UHGV virus genome: UHGV-0036582 | Strand: one strand, 5' to 3' | Source of the DNA: a virus | DNA: 64,000 nucleotides | Shown: positions 49,080 through 57,669 of the stretch, in pieces | Layout: each line of letters opens with the position of its first letter | Numbering within the stretch: the stretch's first letter is position 1 | Notes under the pieces: model-generated | What the model was told of the DNA's origin: nothing | What the model saw: the letters and a program-made list of their open reading frames with translations, nothing else | Database searches by the model: none | Translations under genes and position numbers: made by a program

Positions 49080-49342
49080 AGACGGGATTGTTGTGTAGGT
49101 TTAACCACTGTTGCCATTGGTGCCTGTTTTCACAACAAATGATTCCATACATCACATTGTATAAATTACAAAGTAGGTGCTGTCCTCAGAAACATCATCT
49201 ACTTAAAGATTTTGCCTTCTATTGAGCGAAGTCGAAAACGTCTGGCACTAACGGAAAGTGCAAGTAGCGGTGCGTTTCCTGGCAGAAACTAACACCGCCG
49301 CGATTGGCACTGTTGAGTAATAAATACTGGCAGTGCTGAATT

Positions 49343-49417
49343 GATGGTGTAGCTCAGCGGTAGAGCAGTTGGCTGTTAACCAACTGGTCGGTGGTTCGAA
49401 TCCACCCACCATCGCCA
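49343..49417 (+). tRNA. tRNA-Asn (anticodon GTT)
   Basis: Cloverleaf folded by hand: acceptor GATGGTG/CACCATC, D-stem GCTC/GAGC, anticodon stem GTTGG/CCAAC with loop CTGTTAA, T-arm GGTGG-TTCGAAT-CCACC, 3' GCCA. Confidence 0.85.
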
Positions 49418-49422
49418 ATTTA

Positions 49423-49509
49423 GGGGAGTTAGTCCGTAGGGGCAGCGGGGTAGACTGTAAATCTACTGTCATTGCGACTCGGGTGGTTCGACTCCATCAC
49501 TCCCCACCA
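49423..49509 (+). tRNA. tRNA-Tyr (anticodon GTA), long variable arm
   Basis: Acceptor GGGGAGT/ACTCCCC, anticodon stem GTAGA/TCTAC with loop CTGTAAA, long variable arm, T-arm GGTGG-TTCGACT-CCATC, 3' ACCA; D-arm pairing irregular. Confidence 0.6.
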
Positions 49510-49513
49510 AATT

Positions 49514-49589
49514 GCCGGTTTAGCTCAGTTGGTAGAGCGCCTGCCTTGTAAGCAGGATGTCAGCGGTTCGAGTCCGCTAACCGGCACCA
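49514..49589 (+). tRNA. tRNA-Thr (anticodon TGT)
   Basis: Acceptor GCCGGTT/AACCGGC, D-stem GCTC/GAGC, anticodon stem CCTGC/GCAGG with loop CTTGTAA, T-arm AGCGG-TTCGAGT-CCGCT, 3' ACCA. Confidence 0.85.
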
Positions 49590-49813
49590 ATACAACGATA
49601 AGATCATTACGGTTAATCGTCGTTCATGTGCACAATGACTGGTCGAAAGGTAGTGATCTTACCGTTGTGGTGGATTCGCAGACTGATGCGATAGCTTTCT
49701 TGGATGTTAGGGAAATGCGGCCGCAAATCTTCCCTTTCGCGAGCGGTGATCGTCCGTAGTCCTAATTGGCTGCACCGTATGCCGGAGATTCAGTACCGGC
49801 CACCACAACGGCC

Positions 49814-49900
49814 GGAGAGTAGGGAGCATGGTGCTCAAGCGGTCTTGAAAACCGTCCCATTGCGCAAGCGATGATGGTTCGATTCCATTACTCTCCGCCA
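49814..49900 (+). tRNA. tRNA-Ser (anticodon TGA), long variable arm
   Basis: Acceptor GGAGAGT/ACTCTCC, D-stem GAGC/GCTC, anticodon loop CTTGAAA, long variable arm, T-loop TTCGATT, 3' GCCA. Confidence 0.7.
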
Positions 49901-49902
49901 GA

Positions 49903-49980
49903 CACAGCGTTGAGCGGTTTGGCCTTTTAATCAACTCGATTAAGACTCCGCTAACATAAACCAGACCGCTCAACGCTGTG
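49903..49980. repeat. 16-bp perfect inverted repeat directly after tRNA-Ser
   Basis: CACAGCGTTGAGCGGT vs ACCGCTCAACGCTGTG with 46-nt spacer; arms resemble those of the 48957/49064 repeat. Confidence 0.6.
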
Positions 49981-50054
49981 ATAGACAATTACGGCAGACG
50001 TTCTTAACCATAGCTTGCTAACATCCTAGCAACACTTTTTTCAGCGCAAAATTC

Positions 50055-50078
50055 AAAGGGGCTTCGGCCCCTTTTTTG
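50055..50078. terminator. bidirectional intrinsic terminator
   Basis: AAA-GGGGC-TTCG-GCCCC-TTTTTT; ends both the tRNA transcript and the convergent minus-strand gene. Confidence 0.85.
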
Positions 50079-50092
50079 TTGAACAGTGCAAT

Positions 50093-51355
50093 TTACTTTG
50101 CATAGTCGCCCAATTTTAATATTTCGCGCTTATATTCATTAACCATGCTACTGGATTCAGTATAAATTCGATTTAAAAGATTATCGTTATCTTTATTTTC
50201 ATTTATCTTAATTAGTGCTAATTTATATTCATAGTCATCAAATGCCACAATTAAATGGTGGCCTGGGATTATATCTTCGTCACTCTTAAAGTATATATCT
50301 TCAAGTATGTAATCTAGTTGATTAGATTTTCTTTTCTCGATGTAATCTTCAGCCATAGCTATTACATCATTCCTGTCATTTAACCTGTTTTTTTCGGAAG
50401 GCACATCTTCGTAATGTTGCACGATTGAACAACCAATAAGGCGTGGGATGTAAACGTCAAAATGAGTAACTCTATCATTCGCGGTTTTAAGTAGTTCCTC
50501 AAAGTAGTTTCTTACATGTAAAGGCAACTTCTCAAAGTAATCATTAATTATAGGAGAACAAGGAGTTTTATAATTCATAAGAACCGACGGTACGAGCTTT
50601 GGGTGTCGAAACATCCAGTCCCTTTTAACGTCCGATGGAACATAATAACTTTTAATGATATTATCAAAATAATTTATCATTCGAGATTTGAATATTTTGT
50701 TGAATCTAAGGTTTATGAATGTATCCAGATAAGGCATATTTGAATAAGCATCATCAAAAAATATTTCATCATTGAAAAAATCATATTTATTCAATAAACA
50801 ACACAGTTTTTCCGAATTAATATGTTCACAATAATCGATTTTTAATCCAAAGATAGCAATGATCAACTTCATCTGAGGTGGGATTTTAAAAATTAATTGT
50901 GACACATACGCTCTTTTTTCCTTGAGACATTCCCCATCAATATAAAATGAACCATCCACATACTCAAATATATTAATAATATGCTTCACATACTGTATTA
51001 CCTCATGCTGTCTTACCAATGGATAATATAGTCTATGTAACTCATCGCTGTTTAAATTAATTTTGTGTTTATCGATAATTTGTTTTGCAAGAAGACATAA
51101 CTCATCATGTTGATTTAATAAGGAATCAAACCATTGTTTAAATGCACTCTTTCGCATTTCGAACAATGATTCAGTTGTTAATTGAAGGGCTGAAAAAGCT
51201 GCTTTTGCACTTTTTCTCGCTTCGTAGGCATTCCATGCTGTTGCTATAAAAGCAAATGCTGTAGCCAATGTTCCAACAGTTTGACCATTTAAAACAACCC
51301 AATCCCAAAAAATGACGGTGAGCAGTAGTATAATAATGAAAATTAAAAAAGGCAT
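50093..51355 (-). CDS. AT-rich moron: membrane-anchored protein of unknown function (candidate exclusion/abortive-infection factor)
   Basis: 420 aa; N-terminal hydrophobic segments (FLIFIIILLLTVIFWDWVV, VGTLATAFAFIATAW); hand-counted GC about 20-28 percent in sampled lines versus about 50 percent in structural genes; opposite strand to flanking genes. Confidence 0.6.
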   Translation of the reverse strand: MPFLIFIIILLLTVIFWDWVVLNGQTVGTLATAFAFIATAWNAYEARKSAKAAFSALQLTTESLFEMRKSAFKQWFDSLLNQHDELCLLAKQIIDKHKINLNSDELHRLYYPLVRQHEVIQYVKHIINIFEYVDGSFYIDGECLKEKRAYVSQLIFKIPPQMKLIIAIFGLKIDYCEHINSEKLCCLLNKYDFFNDEIFFDDAYSNMPYLDTFINLRFNKIFKSRMINYFDNIIKSYYVPSDVKRDWMFRHPKLVPSVLMNYKTPCSPIINDYFEKLPLHVRNYFEELLKTANDRVTHFDVYIPRLIGCSIVQHYEDVPSEKNRLNDRNDVIAMAEDYIEKRKSNQLDYILEDIYFKSDEDIIPGHHLIVAFDDYEYKLALIKINENKDNDNLLNRIYTESSSMVNEYKREILKLGDYAK

Positions 51356-51529
51356 GTATGTATTTCACTCTACTAACTATAAAATATTAGGCTAATGTTA
51401 ACCAAACAATGCCTTAATTAATAGATTGATCGAGGCTTTAATAGCTTTATAATGCAGACTGTAAAGATAAGTATGCACATACCTATCTTCTTTGTAAGTA
51501 AAGTTGCATATCAATTCTATGAGGTAACA

Positions 51530-51775
51530 ATGACGATCACTATCTACGGACGAGATAACTGCTCATACTGCAAACGTGCGGTCGAGCTGGCGAAGCAACT
51601 AAAGGGACATGGCTACGGTGATTATGAGTACATCGACATCACCACTGCCGGTATCGACAAGGAAAAACTAAGTGAAATTGTTGGTAAACCGGTAGAGACT
51701 ATCCCCCAAGTGCTGATCGATGGCCAACCGATTGGCGGATACACAGAACTGGCTGCATACGTCAGCACCCTCTGA
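51530..51775 (+). CDS. glutaredoxin (NrdC-like)
   Basis: ITIYGRDNCSYCKRA CxxC active site; C-terminal PQVLIDGQPIGGY; ATG 51530 after GAGGTAA RBS. Confidence 0.75.
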   Translation: MTITIYGRDNCSYCKRAVELAKQLKGHGYGDYEYIDITTAGIDKEKLSEIVGKPVETIPQVLIDGQPIGGYTELAAYVSTL

Positions 51776-51780
51776 TTTTA

Positions 51781-51805
51781 ACGGCTCACAGGAGCCGTTT
51801 TTATT
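51781..51805 (+). terminator. intrinsic terminator after glutaredoxin gene
   Basis: ACGGCTC-ACAG-GAGCCGT followed by TTTTATT. Confidence 0.8.
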
Positions 51806-51854
51806 CCCACCAAACTCACTCCCGTTTCCCTTAAAATTCAAAAAACAACGTCAA

Positions 51855-51887
51855 AATGATTCCATACCTACTATGTATGGAATCATT
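51855..51887. promoter_or_regulatory. 12-bp perfect inverted repeat upstream of recombinase gene
   Basis: AATGATTCCATA-cctactatg-TATGGAATCATT; left arm is the third copy of the AAATGATTCCATAC repeat. Confidence 0.5.
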
Positions 51888-51985
51888 GCTGAAAATGAGT
51901 TACTTTTACTCTTGATCCTATAAGAATCTATGCCTAATATACTGTTTACTTATACAGTGCATCGGCGTAACTCGGTGATTGTCAT

Positions 51986-53089
51986 ATGAAAAATAGCTTT
52001 GACAGAGCACGCGCTGCGGAGAACACCTCAAAAGAGGCGATAGAGTATCTCGAAAGAGCATCTCAAATGCAGGCCGTTATGATCTCCCAGGTCAGCAATG
52101 ACATGAGATTCTCGGACGCATTCATGTTATTCACTCGCTTATCTCTGCTGATAACCAGACGTCGGCCAGAGATCGCTGTTCATTGTATTTTGATACATGT
52201 TTTGCCGCACCTTGCCGATGTAAAAGTAAGTGACATTAATAGGTTCATGGTGAACCAACTGGTCAACCCACTAATACTGGATGGCAAAATTGTTATGGGC
52301 CGCCGCGTTTTCTCTCTGATGAAGCAGTTCCTTAGCTGGTGCGCCTTCCAGGGGATGATAGACGTGTCACCGTTAAACGATATGTCACTTAACAATGTTG
52401 CCGGTGGCGCAAAGCCCACACCTCGCGAGCGGAAGCTGACCGACGCAGAGGTATGGGTGTTCTGGAATATATGGGACTACTTCAATGTGTGCGCTGGTAC
52501 AAAATGGGCGGCCAGGCTATGTCTTGTATCCGCAAGACGACCTGACGAAGTACTGCGGGCTAAAAAAAGTGAGTTCAACCTCCAGCGTGGGGTTTGGAAT
52601 CAAGGCAAGAGAAACAAATCAGCCCGTGAGCATTCTCTGCCTTTAAGCACATTAATGCGCACATGCATTGAAGAGTTATTCGAATATGGTAAAGGCAGCC
52701 AGTGGCTTGTGCCTTCGAATAAAAAAATCGGGAATGATCTTCCGATGTCTAAAGTGGCAATAGCCCAGGCATTACGCCGTATCCTGGAACGACCAGAACT
52801 GATGGAGCTTGAGCCATTTACACCCCGAGATTTGCGTCGTACTGCGCGTAGTTACTTCCCAGCATTAGGCATAAGCCAGGAGGTATCACGCAAAATCATG
52901 AACCACAGTCTTGAGGGGATAGATCGGGTCTACGACCGGCACGATTATATGGACGAGATGCGAGACGCCTTAGAAAGTTTCTCGACGTACATCGCATCAA
53001 TCGTAGAGCAACCGGATTTAGACGAAATTGACCACAAATTCAAGGGAGATCGTCTATCAACAGAGCTTATTCGTGTAAATTTTTCATAG
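51986..53089 (+). CDS. tyrosine recombinase / phage integrase family
   Basis: C-terminal catalytic block PRDLRRTARS ... MNHS ... VYDRHDY (Arg/His/Tyr positions of the tyrosine recombinase fold); 367 aa. Confidence 0.7.
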   Translation: MKNSFDRARAAENTSKEAIEYLERASQMQAVMISQVSNDMRFSDAFMLFTRLSLLITRRRPEIAVHCILIHVLPHLADVKVSDINRFMVNQLVNPLILDGKIVMGRRVFSLMKQFLSWCAFQGMIDVSPLNDMSLNNVAGGAKPTPRERKLTDAEVWVFWNIWDYFNVCAGTKWAARLCLVSARRPDEVLRAKKSEFNLQRGVWNQGKRNKSAREHSLPLSTLMRTCIEELFEYGKGSQWLVPSNKKIGNDLPMSKVAIAQALRRILERPELMELEPFTPRDLRRTARSYFPALGISQEVSRKIMNHSLEGIDRVYDRHDYMDEMRDALESFSTYIASIVEQPDLDEIDHKFKGDRLSTELIRVNFS

Positions 53090-53470
53090 AGACTTTATGG
53101 CCTCAACAACCTTTTGTGATGCGCCTTTCTCTTTACCGAATCGCTCGTTATATGCAGCAAGAACCTGTTTTTCGTCCTCGTTAAGAGGCGCAGTGCCTTC
53201 TTTGTATAAAAATGCTGCGAGTTCAGGTTGGCGTTCTTCCAGCACCATCATCATAAGACGACTTGGCTCAATACCCAGCGCCAGCGCCAGCGGACGAACC
53301 TTATCGATAGGCAAAGGAATTTTGCCACTTTTAATTAAAGAAAGGTTGTTGGCATTTTTATAACCAATAAGTCTAGCTATTTGGGCCTGACTCATAGGTG
53401 AGGATTCAATCAGCCCTGCGATAAAAGCAGCATAGCGACTTTCTATAAATTCAATCTTGTTGTCAGACAT
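53084..53470 (-). CDS. XRE-family HTH transcriptional regulator (repressor-like)
   Basis: SQAQIARLIGYKNANNLSLIKSGK helix-turn-helix; no peptidase domain; convergent with recombinase, divergent from downstream operon. Confidence 0.7.
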   Translation of the reverse strand: MSDNKIEFIESRYAAFIAGLIESSPMSQAQIARLIGYKNANNLSLIKSGKIPLPIDKVRPLALALGIEPSRLMMMVLEERQPELAAFLYKEGTAPLNEDEKQVLAAYNERFGKEKGASQKVVEAIKSL

Positions 53471-53501
53471 TGTTACAACCTTTGCGCGTTTAATTCTCTC
53501 T

Positions 53502-53515
53502 GGTAAGTGCTTACC
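53502..53515. promoter_or_regulatory. GGTAAG...CTTACC palindrome in divergent promoter region
   Basis: GGTAAGTGCTTACC; further GGTAAG/CTTACC half-sites at about 53617 and 53685. Confidence 0.45.
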
Positions 53516-53721
53516 GATATTACATCAAAGGTTAGGGTTGTAAAGCTATTATCATTTTTTTCGGCAGGCACTTGTAAGACCGAGCAAAGGCCCACGCATG
53601 GAGAAAAACTAGCCCAAAATAGGTAAGAAAATTAACTTGCATCTGATATGGATGTATTCAGTATTGATATAATTTTTAGTAGTATTCCTTACCATAGTAT
53701 AAGTTAGAATGGATTGATTGA

Positions 53722-53934
53722 ATGAACACCACTATTTCCAGCCTAATCGCTCTTGAGATCGGACACGTACAAAAATTAGCTGATGAATGTGTAGCTGACA
53801 TTCTCACCGATCTACCGAATGAGCAGATTCAGGTTGGTGTGAATGACACAACTGGCTTTATATTCGAACTTAACAACAAACGCTTCACGCTTCTCAATAC
53901 CGGCTCCGGGTCTTTAGCCGTCAGAATCTGTTAA
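53722..53934 (+). CDS. hypothetical small protein
   Basis: 70-aa ORF divergent from regulator gene. Confidence 0.35.
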   Translation: MNTTISSLIALEIGHVQKLADECVADILTDLPNEQIQVGVNDTTGFIFELNNKRFTLLNTGSGSLAVRIC

Positions 53935-54032
53935 CCCCTCTTCTCCCTGCGCGAATGGCTTAGTTCCCTGTTCGCGCAGTGCTACATTAAACATACTAGT
54001 AAATAATTTGTTTTCATAACAAAGGATTAGCC

Positions 54033-56132
54033 ATGTCTAAAAAACGTTCCATCAAAGAGGTTCAGGACTTCCGTGACAGTGTAAAACGAGTAGTCGCTCT
54101 CCTTTCAGGTAAAAACATCCCTGTTGCAGAACGAGGGGACGACGCTTATGTACGCTATAACGATGATGGAGAGCCAATTCTCGTAAACATCCCATCAATC
54201 CCGGATAACGCAACACCAGCATTGATGAATGCTGTGCGCGGATTTCTCGATCATGAGGTTGCTCACATTTTGTTTACCGATATTCATGTGTCCAACAAAA
54301 TGAGAGAAAAAGGACGCGTTCCTTCCTGGTCGCTATGGAATGCCTTAGAAGACGTGTTTATCGAGCGAAAAATGGGGCAGGTCTTTAACGGAACAAGACG
54401 TAATCTGATGGCAACTCAGCGCCTTATAATCGAAAAAGTCTTTAAACCAAAGGCTTCAGAGGCTATTACTTATTGTGGCAAAGATCAGCGCGCGCTTTTT
54501 CTAAACTTCTTTCTCTGTCCGGTTGTAAGAGCCTGGGATGGCCAAGCACCGTTCGTAGATTTCATGGATGAATACTGGCCTGTCATTGAGAAACCAATTT
54601 CATTATTAAAAGAACATGGTATCGATGTGGCCGTGCGTAACATGTCTTGCACCGGGGATTGTTTAAAGGTGGCTGCGACCATCGCTAAGATCCTCAAAGA
54701 CACAGAAAGTGAAAGCAAAGGTAAGGAGTCAGCTCCGGGAAAAACTTCCGATCCTTCAGACGCTGATCACGCGGATTCCTCTGGAGAAGGCGATGAAGAT
54801 CACAAGACACCCGAATCGTTAGATAATCACATATCTATTAAAGAAAATTCAAAAGGTAAGCACAAATACGATAATAACAACAGTGATAATTCAGATAACT
54901 CTGAATCATCAGAAACAATATTCGATGATACAGAAAATGATAAAGAGGTATCAGATTCTGGTGCTTCTGATAACGCGGCGTCAGAAGCATTGACCACTGA
55001 CCACGAAAAAAGAAAATCGACAGAAGACGGCTCTTCAGACATTCCAACTCCGTCAAAAATGAGTCTGGAAGAGGCTTTAGAGGAGTTGGATAGCATGGAA
55101 GATGAAGTCGGAGGCATGACAGAAGATGCGCTATCCGAAACGATTAAAAGCGAGTTAACAGAAAGCTCGAAAAGCGAATACAGGCCATACAATCGCTCAT
55201 ACGACTTCATCGGCTCGATTGATCAGGCAGAAGCCCATATCAAACGGCTTATTAAAACATTCTCCGATATTGATTTAGGTGGATATCCAATCAGCCGTTA
55301 TCGCATCGTTCCTGAAGGCAACCAACTCTTCGACAAATATATTGAAAAGCACCTTTCGTCAGGTGTTTCGTCGACGCTGGCAAAAGACCTGGAACGTGCA
55401 ATAGCAAGCAGAAACAGAGTTCAGTTTATACCTGGCCAGCGTCGGGGGCGCATTCATGGTTCAAGTATCTACAGATTAACAATGAATGATGATCGCGTGT
55501 TTCGTAAAAAAGAAGAATCTAAAGCCGTTAACGCCTGTGTTCAACAAGTGATTGATTTATCAGGTTCAATGAGTGGTATAACGATACAATTGGCTCTTGC
55601 AAGTGCATATACCATCGCCGATGCCCTTGATCGAATAAATGTTCCCAACATTATCACCGGCTTCACTACATTTGGTAGTCATATGGCGGCAGGAGAACTT
55701 AAGGCTGTCAAGTATGAGTTCTCTCGCTTTGAATCTTTAATGCTACCTATCATCAAAAATTGGAATGAAAAGGTAAATTCTCGCGAAGTTCGCTCACGTA
55801 TGGGGTGCGTAGGCTACACATTCCCACTTCTTAATAACGTGGATGGTGAAAGCATAGCCAGCCTTGCATCGTTATTTTCCGGTCGCATGGAGGACAGGAA
55901 GATCATGCTTGTTCTGAGTGATGGCGCGCCGTGGGCTGTTGGGAGAGGTTTTGACGCTCATTTGCGTTCGGTTGCGAAGCAAATTGAAACGCAGACTGAT
56001 ATTGATTTGATGGCAATTGGCATCATGACTGACGCACCGGAGAGATTTTACTCAAATCATGCCCTGGTAACGAGCGTTGATAGTCTTGGTTCATCTGTAG
56101 TTACTGAACTATCTCGTATCATTTTAAAGTGA
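54033..56132 (+). CDS. CobT-like von Willebrand factor A (VWA) domain protein
   Basis: C-terminal MIDAS motif VIDLSGSMSG; long acidic Ser/Asp/Glu-rich insert at about 54700-55100. Confidence 0.7.
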   Translation: MSKKRSIKEVQDFRDSVKRVVALLSGKNIPVAERGDDAYVRYNDDGEPILVNIPSIPDNATPALMNAVRGFLDHEVAHILFTDIHVSNKMREKGRVPSWSLWNALEDVFIERKMGQVFNGTRRNLMATQRLIIEKVFKPKASEAITYCGKDQRALFLNFFLCPVVRAWDGQAPFVDFMDEYWPVIEKPISLLKEHGIDVAVRNMSCTGDCLKVAATIAKILKDTESESKGKESAPGKTSDPSDADHADSSGEGDEDHKTPESLDNHISIKENSKGKHKYDNNNSDNSDNSESSETIFDDTENDKEVSDSGASDNAASEALTTDHEKRKSTEDGSSDIPTPSKMSLEEALEELDSMEDEVGGMTEDALSETIKSELTESSKSEYRPYNRSYDFIGSIDQAEAHIKRLIKTFSDIDLGGYPISRYRIVPEGNQLFDKYIEKHLSSGVSSTLAKDLERAIASRNRVQFIPGQRRGRIHGSSIYRLTMNDDRVFRKKEESKAVNACVQQVIDLSGSMSGITIQLALASAYTIADALDRINVPNIITGFTTFGSHMAAGELKAVKYEFSRFESLMLPIIKNWNEKVNSREVRSRMGCVGYTFPLLNNVDGESIASLASLFSGRMEDRKIMLVLSDGAPWAVGRGFDAHLRSVAKQIETQTDIDLMAIGIMTDAPERFYSNHALVTSVDSLGSSVVTELSRIILK

Positions 56133-56227
56133 ACAAAACAGCCTTAATGATAAGTAACCACTTACGATAGATAATGATATATTTATATAAGAAGTTGAAC
56201 GCTCATTAGAGAACAAAGGAAAAACGC

Positions 56228-57463
56228 ATGACGACTACTGCACTGCAAAATGAAAAAAATCCTTCTGATTACCTTGTTTGCAAGTGGTGCGGCAAATCAT
56301 TTCACTATTTTAAGTCCCATGTAGCCAATGGTAATTGCGAGGGCATTCCTGAGTCAGTAAAAGATGCCGATCCTGACACCGTACTGAAAATGTACACAAC
56401 GCAGTTTCCAGATGAACCAACGCTATCGAAAAAGGCACTTGATGCAATTCAAGCTAAACGTGCCGAGCAAAAAAGCGAAATGGCCAAATCTTCTGGCTTG
56501 ACCAGTAGCCCTGGCTACACAGGCACAGTTGAGTACAAGACAGATCTGGTCGCAGCTCACGAACTGCTAAACGTAACGGTGGAAGAACTCGGAACAAAAC
56601 GTGGGACGCCGCTCATGGTTAGCGTCAACGTCAATACGCCGTATCCAGAGTTCGTTCCCGAAGTGAAGAAAGGCTACGTATATGGCGACTTCGAACTGAT
56701 CAAAGATATTTTCATGATGCTTGAACTTGGCATACCTGGCTATTTGTGGGGTCATGCAGGAACAGGCAAATCGTCATTGCCTACACAGCTATGTGCTTTG
56801 CTCAATCGTCCGTTGATCCGTGCCCAACATACAGCATCAATGGAAGAGGCACATGTTACGGGGCAAATTCTGGCGCGTGATGGCTCTACGTATTTCGAAC
56901 CTGGCTTGCTTGCGCTCGCAATGAAGCATGGCTGGGTTTACCTCGCAGATGAATACGACTTTGCGTTTCCACAAATTCTTGGCGTGTATCAGCCAGTGCT
57001 GGAAGGTGAAGCGTTGGTCATCAAAGAGGCAACTCCAGAATGGCGTCGCATTACTCCGCATGAACGGTTTGCTTTCATTGGCACTGGCAACACGAACGGA
57101 TCTGGTGATGAAACCGGCTTGTACCAGGGTACAAACATCCAGAACGCCGCGAACTTTTCGCGTTTTGGCATCGTTTCGAATGTGAAATACATGAGCAAAG
57201 ACGCAGAGATCAACATGTTGACAAATGCAGGCATCGTGGATGAATACGCTGAAAAGATGGTTAAGTTTGCCGGTATCGTTCGCGATGGATACGAAGAACA
57301 CCTTATTAGTCAGCCAATTGGCCCTCGTGAACTTTTGTTGTCGGCCAAGATTGGAATGATGCGAGGCGACTTTGTGACAGGTATTGAGCGTTCTTTCATT
57401 AACAAACTCCCTTCAGCTTCTGCACAAGCGGCTCGTGAAGTTGTTCAAAAAATATTTGGTTAA
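56228..57463 (+). CDS. CobS/MoxR-like AAA+ ATPase
   Basis: Walker A GHAGTGKSS, Walker B VYLADEYD; N-terminal Cys cluster CKWCGK...GNCEG. Confidence 0.75.
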   Translation: MTTTALQNEKNPSDYLVCKWCGKSFHYFKSHVANGNCEGIPESVKDADPDTVLKMYTTQFPDEPTLSKKALDAIQAKRAEQKSEMAKSSGLTSSPGYTGTVEYKTDLVAAHELLNVTVEELGTKRGTPLMVSVNVNTPYPEFVPEVKKGYVYGDFELIKDIFMMLELGIPGYLWGHAGTGKSSLPTQLCALLNRPLIRAQHTASMEEAHVTGQILARDGSTYFEPGLLALAMKHGWVYLADEYDFAFPQILGVYQPVLEGEALVIKEATPEWRRITPHERFAFIGTGNTNGSGDETGLYQGTNIQNAANFSRFGIVSNVKYMSKDAEINMLTNAGIVDEYAEKMVKFAGIVRDGYEEHLISQPIGPRELLLSAKIGMMRGDFVTGIERSFINKLPSASAQAAREVVQKIFG

Positions 57464-57465
57464 TC

Positions 57466-57669
57466 GTGCGTAAAGGATGTTTCGGCTCTCTTATCGCTGC
57501 TTCTGAAACTGGTAAGGCTTGTCTGGTGTGTCCAGACAAGCCCGATTGTCACCAATCAGCAAAAGAAGTTGCGATTTCGATGCATGGGAAGTTCGTAGGC
57601 TTCCCCAATGACAAAATCAAAAAAACCAGAAAGGTAAAAACACATGAAGGCACTGATGGTTCGAACTGA
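57466..57669 (+). CDS. small Cys-rich (zinc-finger-like) protein
   Basis: 67 aa with C..C...C..C..C spacing; overlaps start of DnaE gene. Confidence 0.3.
   Translation: MRKGCFGSLIAASETGKACLVCPDKPDCHQSAKEVAISMHGKFVGFPNDKIKKTRKVKTHEGTDGSN

Noticed and set aside
49590-49813. Possible fifth tRNA or pseudo-tRNA in the 224-nt gap between tRNA-Thr and tRNA-Ser
   Set aside because: I could not fold a cloverleaf with acceptor stem and T-loop consensus; left as unassigned non-coding spacer pending tRNAscan-SE or Infernal.
49814-53089. Reading the tRNA-Ser plus adjacent tyrosine recombinase as a prophage boundary (attL/attR)
   Set aside because: Phage-type genes continue on both sides to the window ends, the tRNAs differ from host-like sequences I know, and I found no duplicated tRNA 3' segment. 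The arrangement is equally consistent with phage-encoded tRNAs, so no att site is called.
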